64,000 nt of DNA. Origin: Roseibacillus sp. (GTDB lineage: Bacteria > Verrucomicrobiota > Verrucomicrobiia > Verrucomicrobiales > Akkermansiaceae). Both the position numbers and the translations under genes were made by a program. Location of the stretch: NCBI GenBank assembly GCA_965242925.1, contig CBDEUM010000014.1, forward strand, positions 192,001 through 256,000, given 5' to 3'. Of this stretch, positions 38,024 to 47,877 are shown in pieces; the stretch's first letter is position 1; every line of letters starts with the position of its first letter. The notes under the pieces are model-generated. The model saw only the letters and a list, made by a program, of their open reading frames with translations. It was not told where the DNA came from and did no database searches.

Positions 38024-40822
38024 ATGTCCCGTTTCCTGCCATTACTGCTTACGCTCCTGCTGAGCCCGTCGACGTTCTCGCAGGAGATCCAGTTCAATCG
38101 CGATATCCGGCCCATCCTCTCCAACAAGTGCTTCCTCTGCCACGGACCAGATGAGAAGAAGCGCAAGGCGGACCTGCGGCTTGACCTCCGTACGGGAGCG
38201 GTCGCGGACCTGGGCGGTTATGCCGCCATCGTTCCAGGAAAACCCGGGGAAAGCGAACTACTGGCGCGGATTGCGCACGACGATCCAGACGAGATCATGC
38301 CACCGCCCAAAGCCAAGCGGGGACAACTTACTGCAAGTGAAATTGCTCTCGTCCACCGCTGGATCGAACAAGGCGCTCCCTACCAGGGGCACTGGGCCTT
38401 CGAACCGGTCGCAAATGTGACGGTGCCCGATTCGTGGCAGGGCAATCCCATCGACTACTTTATCGAGCAGCGGCTGAAGAAGGCGGGGGTCATGCCCAGT
38501 GCGCCCACCGACTCCGAAACGCTCCTGCGCCGCCTCTCCCTCGACCTCACCGGCTTATTACCAAGCCTGGAAGAACAACAGACCTTTTCGGAGGCGAGTT
38601 TCGAGGCCACCGTCGACCGCCTGCTGGCCTCCCCTCACTTCGGCGAACGCTGGGGCCGCCACTGGCTCGACCAGGCGCGCTACGCGGATTCTCACGGTTA
38701 CTCTATCGATGGCGATCGCCAGATGTGGCCCTTCCGCGACTGGGTGATCAAGGCCCTCAACGACGACTTGCCCTTCGACCAGTTCACTATCGCGCAACTC
38801 GCGGGCGACCTTCTACCCAACCGCACCAAGGCGCAGCACGTCGCCTCCGCCTTCCACCGCAACACCCTCATCAACCAGGAAGGCGGATCCGATCGCGAAC
38901 AGTTCCGCGTCGAGTCCGTCATTGACCGGGTCAACACCACAGGGGCGGTCTGGCTGGGTCTCACCGTCGGTTGCGCACAGTGCCACACCCACAAGTTCGA
39001 CCCCATCACGCAGCGCGAGTATTACCAGCTCTTCGCCTTTTTCAACAACACCGAGGACGCCAACAGCACCGGCGCCACCGTTGAGGTGGAGGAGCACGAG
39101 ATCCTGGACAATGCCCCTGAGCCACCACCCGCCAAAACTTTCCCGTCCGCCAAGGCCAAGTGGAACCCGGTGCGCTACCAGGATCCTGTCACGAGCTCCG
39201 GGAAGCCGCTGCACGTGCAGAAGGACAACTCACTCCTGGTCGACAAGGCCGCCGGCATGAACGACTCCTACCATGTGCGGGCGGCGACCTACCTCGACCG
39301 CGTGGCCGCCCTGCGCCTCCGCGTGTTGCCGGACAAATCTCTCCCCCGGGACGGACCGGGCACTGCCAGCAACGGCAATTTCGTTCTCACCAAATTTCGC
39401 ATCCAGGCACAGGGAAAACCGATCGAGATAAGTCAAGCCTTCGCCGATCACGAACAGCCAGGCTATCCCATCGCAGGCACGTTGGACCAGGATGGGAAGA
39501 CCGGTTGGGCCATCAACGTGGACGGGGGACAAAAGGCTGCCATGAACGCGCCTCACGAGGCTGTCTTTGTCTTCAAGGAACCGCTCGAAACGAAGGGCGA
39601 GCCCCTCGAAATCACGCTGGAGCACACCCTCAACGAGAACTACATGGTGGGCCGCTTCACAATCGAACTCTCCTCCTCGGTTCCGCTTGCACCGACTGTC
39701 AAGCCGGCGGCAATTCCCAAGCCGCGCAAAGGGAAAGTGATGGTCATGAAGGAACTTCCCAAGCCCCGGCCGACCTTCCTCCTCACCCGCGGCGACTTTA
39801 CCCGCCCCGATAAGGAGGCGGGCGAAATCGTCCCGGGCACCCTCTCGCAGGTGAACCCCACCCTTGCACAAGCCACCGGGCGCCCCACCCGGCTCGAGCT
39901 GGCCCGCTGGCTGGTCCACCCCGAGAATCCACTTACCCCACGCGTGACCGCCAACCGTATCTGGATGCGCTACTTTGGCCGAGGCCTAGTGGAAACGGAG
40001 GAGGACTTCGGAACTCAGGGGAGTCCCCCCAGTCACCCCGGGCTGCTCGACTATCTAAGCCACCACTTTGTGGAGGGGGGCTGGTCGATGAAGAAGCTCC
40101 ACCGCCTCATCGTCACCAGCAAAACCTACCAGCGCTCCTCCCATGCCCGGCCCGACCTGGGGGAAATCGACCCGGGCAACTATCTCCTGGCCCGCCAGAA
40201 CCGAATCCGGCTCGATGCCGAGGTTGTGCGCGACGCCGCCCTCTGCGCCAGCGGCCTGCTCACCCCAAAAATCGGTGGACCCGGCGTCTACCCGCCACAG
40301 CCCACAGGCATCTACGCCTTCACTCAGAGCAGGAAGAACTGGAAGACGAGCACGGGGGCAGACCGCTACCGGCGCGGCATGTACATCTTCTTCTACCGGA
40401 GCGCTCCCTATCCACTTTTGCAAACCTTCGATGCTCCCGACTTCCAGACCACCTGCACGCGGCGGGTAAACTCAAACACACCTCTCCAGGCCCTCACGGT
40501 GGCCAATGATCCCGCTTTCCTTGAACTTGCTCAGGGATTCGCCGAGCGGTTGCTGCGCGAATTGCCCTCCGCCAACATCGCGACCCGCATCGAGCGCGCC
40601 TATCAACTGGCTCTCGGCCGCGTTCCCAGCGAGACGGAACGGAAGCTCCTCGTCGACTACTTCGAAGCGCAGGCCGCCGACTTCGCCGGCGATGCCACCG
40701 CCGCGGGCAAATTGGCCACCGGCGCCATGAAGGCGGGACCGGAACCTTACGCCCGGGGCGCAGCCCTCGTGTGCGTGGTCCGCGTCATCCTCAACACCGA
40801 CAACTTCATCACGCGCGAATGA
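38024..40822 (+). CDS. Planctomycete cytochrome c / DUF1549 / DUF1553 (PSD1) protein
   Basis: Start MSRFLPLL; FNRDIRPILSNKCFLCHG, NPIDYFI, GERWGRHWLD.ARYADS, CAQCHTHKFDP, FGRGLV...DFG.QG..PSHP.LLD, SNTPLQAL. Confidence 0.94.
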   Translation: MSRFLPLLLTLLLSPSTFSQEIQFNRDIRPILSNKCFLCHGPDEKKRKADLRLDLRTGAVADLGGYAAIVPGKPGESELLARIAHDDPDEIMPPPKAKRGQLTASEIALVHRWIEQGAPYQGHWAFEPVANVTVPDSWQGNPIDYFIEQRLKKAGVMPSAPTDSETLLRRLSLDLTGLLPSLEEQQTFSEASFEATVDRLLASPHFGERWGRHWLDQARYADSHGYSIDGDRQMWPFRDWVIKALNDDLPFDQFTIAQLAGDLLPNRTKAQHVASAFHRNTLINQEGGSDREQFRVESVIDRVNTTGAVWLGLTVGCAQCHTHKFDPITQREYYQLFAFFNNTEDANSTGATVEVEEHEILDNAPEPPPAKTFPSAKAKWNPVRYQDPVTSSGKPLHVQKDNSLLVDKAAGMNDSYHVRAATYLDRVAALRLRVLPDKSLPRDGPGTASNGNFVLTKFRIQAQGKPIEISQAFADHEQPGYPIAGTLDQDGKTGWAINVDGGQKAAMNAPHEAVFVFKEPLETKGEPLEITLEHTLNENYMVGRFTIELSSSVPLAPTVKPAAIPKPRKGKVMVMKELPKPRPTFLLTRGDFTRPDKEAGEIVPGTLSQVNPTLAQATGRPTRLELARWLVHPENPLTPRVTANRIWMRYFGRGLVETEEDFGTQGSPPSHPGLLDYLSHHFVEGGWSMKKLHRLIVTSKTYQRSSHARPDLGEIDPGNYLLARQNRIRLDAEVVRDAALCASGLLTPKIGGPGVYPPQPTGIYAFTQSRKNWKTSTGADRYRRGMYIFFYRSAPYPLLQTFDAPDFQTTCTRRVNSNTPLQALTVANDPAFLELAQGFAERLLRELPSANIATRIERAYQLALGRVPSETERKLLVDYFEAQAADFAGDATAAGKLATGAMKAGPEPYARGAALVCVVRVILNTDNFITRE

Positions 40823-42276
40823 ACGTCCACAATCAGGAGCGCATCCAACATTGGCTCGCCGAGCGCACGCGCCGTCACTTCTTCCGCGACTGCGGAGTGG
40901 GACTGGGGACCATTGCCTTCAATTCCTTGCTCGGACAATTGCAGGCCCGTCACCTCCCGGCCATCGATCCCGCCCGGCCCATGGGCGCCCGCATTCCGCC
41001 CCTCCCGGCCAGGGCCAAAAACGTCATCTTCCTGCACATGGCTGGTGCACCCAGTCAACTCGAACTCTTCGAGGACAAACCAAAGCTGCGCGAGCTCCAC
41101 GGCAAGACGCCTCCCAAGAGCCTGATGGAGGGCAAGCGCTTCGCCTTCCTCAAGGGCAACGAAACGCTCCTCGGCAACTCGCGCCCCTTCGCGCGCTACG
41201 GACAGTGCGGGATGTCCCTGAGCGATCAGATCCCGCACCACCGTAAGATCGTGGACGAGGTGGTCTGGCTCCGTGGAATGACCACCGATGTCTTTAATCA
41301 CGGCCCGGCCAAGCTCTTCATGAATACCGGATTCCAGGCTCCGGGACGTCCGAGCATGGGCGCCTGGATCACCTACGGCCTGGGCAGCGAGAACGACAGT
41401 CTCCCCGGCTTCGTGGTTCTGCAGAGCGGTCCGCGAGGGCCACGCGCGGGCAATTCGCTCTGGGCCAGCGGGTTCCTCCCCACCTCCTTCCAGGGCGTCC
41501 CCTTCCGCGGCAAGGGCGACCCCATCCTCCACCTGCGCAGCCCGGAAGGAATGACCCGGAAGCGCGAGCGCAAGTTCTACGACGCGGTGGGAGCCCTCAA
41601 TCGCGCCCGCCTGGAGGAAACCGGCGACCCCGAAATTCTCACCCGCCTCAACGCCTACGAGATGGCCTATCGCATGCAGAGCAGCGCACCCGAGCTCATG
41701 GATCTGAACAAGGAGTCGCCGCACACTCTCGACCTCTACGGCGTGAAACCGGGCCAGCCATCCTATGCCTCCAATTGCCTCCTCGCCCGCCGCCTGGTGG
41801 AGCGCGGGGTGCGCTTCGTGCAGCTCTATCATACGAATTGGGATAGCCACGGCGGCCCAGGCGAGACCCTCACGGATGACTTTGAGAAAGTCTGCAAGTC
41901 AGCTGACCAGGCCAGCGCCGCCCTCGTCCTCGATCTCAAGGAACGCGGCATGCTCGACGACACCCTCGTCATCTGGGGCGGTGAATTCGGTCGCACCCCG
42001 ATGGGCGAAAATCGCAAGACCACCGGACGCGATCACCACATCGACGCCTTCACCATGTGGATGGCCGGAGCCGGACTGAAGAAGGGCTACATCCACGGCG
42101 AAACCGACGAGCTCGGCTTCGGCGTGGTAAACGGAAAAGTCCACGTCCACGACCTCCACGCCACTCTCTTGCATCTGCTAGGCTTCGATCACGAACAGCT
42201 CACCTACCGCTTCCAGGGGAGAGACTTCCGACTCACCGACGTACACGGCCGCGTGGTGAAGGAGATTCTGGCATAG
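40819..42276 (+). CDS. DUF1501 protein (Tat-like leader)
   Basis: TRRHFF leader, AKNVIFLHMAGAPSQLE, RPSMGAW..YGLG, LARRLVERGVRFVQ, GGEFGRTP, GRDH, GRDFRLTDVHG. ATGA-coupled to the upstream gene. Confidence 0.95.
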   Translation: MNVHNQERIQHWLAERTRRHFFRDCGVGLGTIAFNSLLGQLQARHLPAIDPARPMGARIPPLPARAKNVIFLHMAGAPSQLELFEDKPKLRELHGKTPPKSLMEGKRFAFLKGNETLLGNSRPFARYGQCGMSLSDQIPHHRKIVDEVVWLRGMTTDVFNHGPAKLFMNTGFQAPGRPSMGAWITYGLGSENDSLPGFVVLQSGPRGPRAGNSLWASGFLPTSFQGVPFRGKGDPILHLRSPEGMTRKRERKFYDAVGALNRARLEETGDPEILTRLNAYEMAYRMQSSAPELMDLNKESPHTLDLYGVKPGQPSYASNCLLARRLVERGVRFVQLYHTNWDSHGGPGETLTDDFEKVCKSADQASAALVLDLKERGMLDDTLVIWGGEFGRTPMGENRKTTGRDHHIDAFTMWMAGAGLKKGYIHGETDELGFGVVNGKVHVHDLHATLLHLLGFDHEQLTYRFQGRDFRLTDVHGRVVKEILA

Positions 42277-42294
42277 ATCTCCCGGACAGGAGGA

Positions 42295-42657
42295 TTGTCA
42301 CGCCCGAAGTCCCTTCCTGATGGTGATGTTTCAAGACGAGAGCTCCAGGGATATTCCAAGATCCTCTTTAATGCAGTGAGCTTTCTTCGAAGAAACAAGG
42401 CGGTTGGAAAAGGGGCACTTCCTCCTCCGCTAGAATTCCTCACTCCACGATAATCCGCCCAGGTGATCAGGAAGATGGTGGAGATCAAGGAGTGCCTGCG
42501 GAAAAGCTACGTGAGAGAACACGAGGGAAGAGACCCGTTTGCCTCTCCCCTGATGCATCCGGCCGGAATCCGGTTTCTGGATGACGAGAAGGAGCGCCCG
42601 ATCCTCTCTCCCTTCTTCCCCGATGAAGAAGGATCCGCAGCGCAGGCCCCCTCCTGA
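42295..42657 (+). pseudogene. Possible small gene or remnant interrupted by an in-frame TAA (42451-42453)
   Basis: One frame is open from 42295 to 42657 except for a single TAA; no recognisable homology. Confidence 0.25.
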
Positions 42658-42707
42658 AATCGAGGATCCCCTTGCTTCGACTGTCAAGACCCCTGAAGAT
42701 CCGCCTC

Positions 42708-45554
42708 ATGCGACTGACCTGCCTTGCTCTCACGCTGGCACTTGCCGCTCCGCTCCCTGCCAATCCGGTCCTCATTCGCGAGACCGGCCCGCTCACGCCG
42801 GAGGAGGAACTCAGGGGGTTCAGCGTTCCGGACGATTTCGAGGTGCAACTCTTCGCAGCGGAGCCCATGATCAACAAGCCCATCAACCTGGCTTGGGATG
42901 GAAAGGGACGACTATGGGTATCATCCACGGTGGAGTATCCCTATGCCGCAGGAAAAGACAGATGGATCGACGGGGAAGGATCGAAAGTCCGGGACAGCCA
43001 CGACGCCATCAAGATCCTGGAAGATGTCGATGGCGACGGGAAGGCCGACAAGGTGATCGACTTCGCAGAGGGCCTGAACATTCCCACTGGCGTGCTCCCC
43101 TGGCACAAGCCGGAACACAAGAACGGTTGTATTGCCTGGAGCATTCCAAATATCTGGTACTTCGCCGATACCACCGGGGACGGCAAAGCCGACCTGCGTG
43201 AGGTCCTTTTCGGGCCAATGGGTTACGAGCGGGACACCCATGGAATGTGTTCCAGCTTCCGACTTGGATCCGACGGCTGGGTTTACGCCACTCATGGATT
43301 CAACAACACCTCAACTGCCACCGCAAGCGACGGCTCAAGGGTGGAGATGCATTCGGGAAACGTCTTTCGCTTCAAACCGGACGGTTCAAGAATCGAAATC
43401 TGGAGCCGTGGACAGGTCAATCCCTTCGGTCTCTGCTTCGACAAGAGAGGCAATCTCTACAGCGCGGACTGCCACAGTGCCCCGATCTACCAGCTCATTC
43501 GCGGAGCCTACTATCCAAGCTTCGGAAAGCCGCACGACGGGATGGGTTTCGGGCCCACCATGATCCAGCACACCCACGGCTCCACCGGGATCTGCGGAAT
43601 TGTCTTCGTCGATCGCAACCAGTGGGGCCGGCGCTGGAACTACCGCATGCTCATTGGCAACCCGGTCAATTCGGTGATCAACCACGACGGGATCAAATAT
43701 GCCGGCACCACCCCCATCGCGGTGGAGCAACCCGACTTCATGACCAGCAAGGACCCCTGGTTCCGACCGGTCGACCTCTGCCTTGGCGAAGACGGAGCCC
43801 TCTACGTCGCCGACTTTTACAATAAGATCATCGGCCACTACGAAGTTCCACTCGACCATCCGGGCCGGGATCGGGAGCGCGGACGCATCTGGCGTGTGGT
43901 CTACAAGGGCGGAGCGGCTGCCCCCGGCCCCATGACTCTCCCCAAACCCAGTGCCAATCCGGTTGACGACCTCAAGTCCCGGGCCCCCTACACCCGGCGG
44001 GCTGCCGCGGCCCACCTCCAGCAGAACCCCCGGGCCGGAGCCCTGGACCCACTCCTTGAACTTTACTACCGCGAACGTCCCGACGACACCCACCTGCGGC
44101 ACGTGCTCCGGCTTGCAATCCGCGCGCAACTTGGGGTGCCCGCTGCCCTCCAGAGCGAGACGGCGTCCCGGCTCCTGCCCACCAACATCGCCCTCGCAAG
44201 TCACAACCAGCCCACTGCCGCGTTTCTTCTCCAGCGCCTGCAACGTGGCCCACGGCTACGACACACCCTCGAGATTCTCCAGCACCTCGCCCGTCACGGG
44301 GATTCCGGAGTGGTGGAGGGCGCAATCGCATGGGTGAAAACGCAGCATGACCGGCCGGTCCCCGTGCGCGCACGCCAATCAAGTGCCCTGCTGCAGGGCC
44401 TGCAGGAACGCGGCGAGCTGAAACCCCGTGCCTCCCTGGTCCGCCTGGGACAGGAAGTCGCCCACGCTCTCCTCGACGAGGAACGAGAGATCCATTGGAC
44501 GGTAAGCCCTCATCCCACCGATCCCGGGGGAGCTTCACCATGGATCATCCAGCAACGCAGGTGCGGCGACGGAAAAACCGTGGACGTCATCTCCAGTCTC
44601 CCCACTGGAACTCCCGGGGCAGAGACCTTCACCGGGATTCTGCGCACCGTAGCCTTTGAAGCCCCGGCCAGACTGAGTTTCTGGCTCTGCGGTCACCGCG
44701 GGCATCCGGATCAACCTGCTCACGAGAAGAACCTCGTGCGCCTGGTAGAAACGGCAACAGGCAGGGAATTGCACTGCAGCTACCCACCGCGCAACGATGC
44801 CGCCACCCGGATCGAGTGGGATCTCTCCGGCGCAAAGGGCCGCCAGGTGCAGTTGGAGGTGGTGGACGGCGACAATGGCGCTGCCTTCGCCTGGCTGGCG
44901 GTGACACGCCTTGAACCGGAAGTGGCCAAGGTGGAATCATTTGGACCGGCCGGGATTCACAGTGACCTCCTGCAGGAACTCGCCAGCCTGCTCCTGGTCA
45001 GCGCCCCCGTCGACCTGCGCGATCGCCTGCGACCCTTCCTTCCTCCTGCTCCGGCGCCTGCTCCTGCGGCCGTCTCCAAGGAGGAGCGCACCCGGCTCGA
45101 CCAGCTCATCGCACAACGCACGACCTCCTTCGCAGGGATTAGTCCCGACCTGATCCGGGGAAAAGCGCTCTTCAGAACCCACTGTGCCTCCTGCCATCAG
45201 GTGGCTGGCGAGGGCGCTCTCCTCGGTCCCCAACTGGACGGCATTGGGGCCCGGGGTCCTGCCCGGCTGAGCGAGGATATCCTGGACCCCAACCGCAACG
45301 TGGATGCCCACTTTCATCTGACCACCCTGAGGCTCAAGGACGGCACCATCACAACCGGTTTTATCCGTGGGCAATCAGGAGCGATTCTCCTCCTCGTGGA
45401 TCCCGCGAGCAAGGAACACCGACTGCAGAAGGATGCGGTTGAGAGCAGGGAAACCATCCCCCGCTCCCTCATGCCGCCCACCTTCGAGCACCTGCTCAAG
45501 GAGGCCGAATTCAATGATCTCCTGGGCTGGCTTCTCTCTCAGAAGAAGCAGTAA
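42708..45554 (+). CDS. PVC-type membrane-bound dehydrogenase-domain protein with C-terminal c-type heme (CxxCH)
   Basis: FSVPDDFEVQLFAAEP, DVDGDGKAD, NPFG, DPWFRPVD, RERGRIWRV, CASCH...GPQL...ILDPN, SLMP. Confidence 0.93.
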   Translation: MRLTCLALTLALAAPLPANPVLIRETGPLTPEEELRGFSVPDDFEVQLFAAEPMINKPINLAWDGKGRLWVSSTVEYPYAAGKDRWIDGEGSKVRDSHDAIKILEDVDGDGKADKVIDFAEGLNIPTGVLPWHKPEHKNGCIAWSIPNIWYFADTTGDGKADLREVLFGPMGYERDTHGMCSSFRLGSDGWVYATHGFNNTSTATASDGSRVEMHSGNVFRFKPDGSRIEIWSRGQVNPFGLCFDKRGNLYSADCHSAPIYQLIRGAYYPSFGKPHDGMGFGPTMIQHTHGSTGICGIVFVDRNQWGRRWNYRMLIGNPVNSVINHDGIKYAGTTPIAVEQPDFMTSKDPWFRPVDLCLGEDGALYVADFYNKIIGHYEVPLDHPGRDRERGRIWRVVYKGGAAAPGPMTLPKPSANPVDDLKSRAPYTRRAAAAHLQQNPRAGALDPLLELYYRERPDDTHLRHVLRLAIRAQLGVPAALQSETASRLLPTNIALASHNQPTAAFLLQRLQRGPRLRHTLEILQHLARHGDSGVVEGAIAWVKTQHDRPVPVRARQSSALLQGLQERGELKPRASLVRLGQEVAHALLDEEREIHWTVSPHPTDPGGASPWIIQQRRCGDGKTVDVISSLPTGTPGAETFTGILRTVAFEAPARLSFWLCGHRGHPDQPAHEKNLVRLVETATGRELHCSYPPRNDAATRIEWDLSGAKGRQVQLEVVDGDNGAAFAWLAVTRLEPEVAKVESFGPAGIHSDLLQELASLLLVSAPVDLRDRLRPFLPPAPAPAPAAVSKEERTRLDQLIAQRTTSFAGISPDLIRGKALFRTHCASCHQVAGEGALLGPQLDGIGARGPARLSEDILDPNRNVDAHFHLTTLRLKDGTITTGFIRGQSGAILLLVDPASKEHRLQKDAVESRETIPRSLMPPTFEHLLKEAEFNDLLGWLLSQKKQ

Positions 45555-45602
45555 CCCCGTGCGACCCGGTCCCATCCCGTCGCTCTACCCGCTCTCCTGG
45601 TC

Positions 45603-45638
45603 GGCCCCCCGCTACCACTTGGCTCCCCGCTACCACTT
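45603..45638. repeat. Tandem 18-bp duplication spanning the stop codon of the SMP-30 gene
   Basis: GGCCCCCCGCTACCACTT (45603-45620) and GGCTCCCCGCTACCACTT (45621-45638), one mismatch. Confidence 0.85.
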
Positions 45639-46529
45639 CACGCCCTTGGGCTTGGCGCCCCGCGCCAGCGTCTTCACTGAATAGAGCGAGGTGCGGGCGG
45701 TAATAAAGAGAGTATCGTAGTTGTCCCCCCCGAAGCAGACATTGGCGGGATGCTCGGGCGTTTCAATCACCCCGATCTTTCCCCCGTCCTTGTCAAACAC
45801 GTGGATCCCACCCCGCGAAGTAGTGTAGATATTCCCCTCGGTATCGATGCACATCCCGTCGCAGCGGATATCGATCTCAAAAAGCGGCTCCCCGAGCATG
45901 CCCTTCTCCACGACGTCGAAGGACCGGATCTTACCGACCTTGCCGGTGTCCGCGATGTAGACGCGCTTCTCATCCGGGGAAAAAGCGATCCCATTGGGCA
46001 TGTCATGCCCCTTGTAAAGGACATCGATGCCTGTCTTACCGATACGCCAGACCCACTTTCCACCAATCTCACCGGGCTTGCCCCTCAATCCATAACTGGG
46101 ATCGGTGAACCAGACTTCGCCATTGGAAAGAATGGCCAGGTCATTGGGGGAATTCAACTTCTTCCCCCCGATGTTGTCAGCAAGAACGGTGACTTTTCCC
46201 CCCGAATCGGTGCGAATCACGTTTCGGCCCGCGTGCTGGCAGGTGAGAAGATTGCCCTCCAGGTCGAGGATGTTGCCATTGGACTGCTGCACCTCCCGGT
46301 ATTCCCTGAGTCCACCCTTTCTGCTCCACTGCATGAGAACGCTGTTGGGAATGTCACTGAAGACCACCATCTTCCCGGAGGGAATCCAGACTGGCCCCTC
46401 CGTAAATTTCATCCCCCCCCCGAGCTTCTCCACCTTCGCCTCAGGCGACACGATCTTCGCCAGATCGGCTGGGGACAGGCTGGCAATAATGAGAGAAAGA
46501 ACGAGAACGAGAGGAAGAACCTGTTTCAT
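45630..46529 (-). CDS. SMP-30/gluconolactonase family protein (secreted)
   Basis: Start MKQVLPL; FTEGPVW, SDIP, LNSPNDL, FTDPSYG, PNGIAFSPDE, DGMCIDTEGN, NVCFGG. Confidence 0.93.
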   Translation of the reverse strand: MKQVLPLVLVLSLIIASLSPADLAKIVSPEAKVEKLGGGMKFTEGPVWIPSGKMVVFSDIPNSVLMQWSRKGGLREYREVQQSNGNILDLEGNLLTCQHAGRNVIRTDSGGKVTVLADNIGGKKLNSPNDLAILSNGEVWFTDPSYGLRGKPGEIGGKWVWRIGKTGIDVLYKGHDMPNGIAFSPDEKRVYIADTGKVGKIRSFDVVEKGMLGEPLFEIDIRCDGMCIDTEGNIYTTSRGGIHVFDKDGGKIGVIETPEHPANVCFGGDNYDTLFITARTSLYSVKTLARGAKPKGVKW

Positions 46530-46714
46530 GGGAGCATCTTGCAGGGCCCTTCCCCGATGGCAATGCCCTTCTAAGCTCTCACAGGCAGAGATTGGCACCC
46601 TGCTTGTAGTTGAAACATGCCACCCCCTTTGTTCCGGAAACTGTCTCTGTTCCATGGATTCATTCTCTGTCCTTCCCGGAGGCACGCCAACGTCCTAGGG
46701 TTCCCTGCATTGAA

Positions 46715-47650
46715 ATGAAAAATGCATTCCCGACCATCATGACCATACTGGCGCTGGGACATGGCGCCGACCGAGGGGCAGCCCAGTCCGACAACTGGGG
46801 CAAAACAACAACGCAAAAAGCTGAATTTCATGCCGCCAGTGATGTCCCCCGTTCCCAGGTCGAGCTCACCAGACAATGGTATGAAATAGCTTCCAGGGCC
46901 TGGGGTAATTACGGACCCCTGGAGTTCTGGATTGTCGGTCGCAACGAGGCCGCGGCGAGAGAGCTGGACAAAAAACATTGCGGGATCAGGAAGAAGAAAG
47001 ATCCCTCCGTCAGCCTCCGGCACTGCCTGGACAGAGGACACAATTTTGTTTCGTACGCAAAAGACGGGAATGCAGGCCTCAACACCAGGCGGAATGAAAA
47101 CGAAGAGTGGTCCGGCTTCATTATAACCATGTCCGCCAGGTATCCCGGTCCGGAAGAGGAGGATTACAAACCCGTGGTCTTGCACGAATATTTTCATGTC
47201 TACCAGCATGCACACATCCACAGCAGAAAGGACTCCGTCCGGAAGAGCCTGAACCAGGAAAATCCATGGTGGGGAGAGGGCGGGGCCGAATACATGGCCC
47301 AGCTGCTCTACTCAAAACAGAAAGGAGTCAGGCCAGGCTATTTAAAGGAAACCATGAAGCGGAAACTGAGATCATTGAAGGACCTCCGCCAAGGGGAGAA
47401 TATCAGGGATGTTCCCTATGGCAGGAGAGGAAGAATCTCCTATGACCTGGGAGCGTGGTTTATTGCATTCATTATCAGTAAATCCAGCGAGGAGGCTTAC
47501 CGGGTCAGGTTCTTCAAGGAGCTGGACTCAAAGGGTTTTGAAGGTGCCTTCGTGAAAAGCTTCGGGCAATCTTCGAAGGATCTTCTCGATGAATTCCACA
47601 ATGGTTTCCTCCAGTCGGATCTTGAGGAAAAGATGAAGATTATCCCTTAG
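46715..47650 (+). CDS. Hypothetical secreted HEXXH (gluzincin-like) metalloprotein
   Basis: VLHEYFHVYQ followed by PWWGEGGAEY, later SYDLG; probable signal peptide. Confidence 0.7.
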   Translation: MKNAFPTIMTILALGHGADRGAAQSDNWGKTTTQKAEFHAASDVPRSQVELTRQWYEIASRAWGNYGPLEFWIVGRNEAAARELDKKHCGIRKKKDPSVSLRHCLDRGHNFVSYAKDGNAGLNTRRNENEEWSGFIITMSARYPGPEEEDYKPVVLHEYFHVYQHAHIHSRKDSVRKSLNQENPWWGEGGAEYMAQLLYSKQKGVRPGYLKETMKRKLRSLKDLRQGENIRDVPYGRRGRISYDLGAWFIAFIISKSSEEAYRVRFFKELDSKGFEGAFVKSFGQSSKDLLDEFHNGFLQSDLEEKMKIIP

Positions 47651-47877
47651 CATTCCCGCTTACGCCTTACGGGGCTGGCCTGCGGCATCCACGCGGCGGA
47701 AGCCTCCATTGTTCTGCCCCGGGACAAGGGCACCCGGTGCCGGCAAAACAAGCCGTGATGATTGGCAGCTCCATTTTCATGACTGCGCCCTGCGCCAAAT
47801 CTCCGGGAGGGAAATCTGAAGGTTGCCGCCCTCTTTTCCGGATGGCGAATCCCTCCTCTCTGCGCTAAGAGGCCCCC

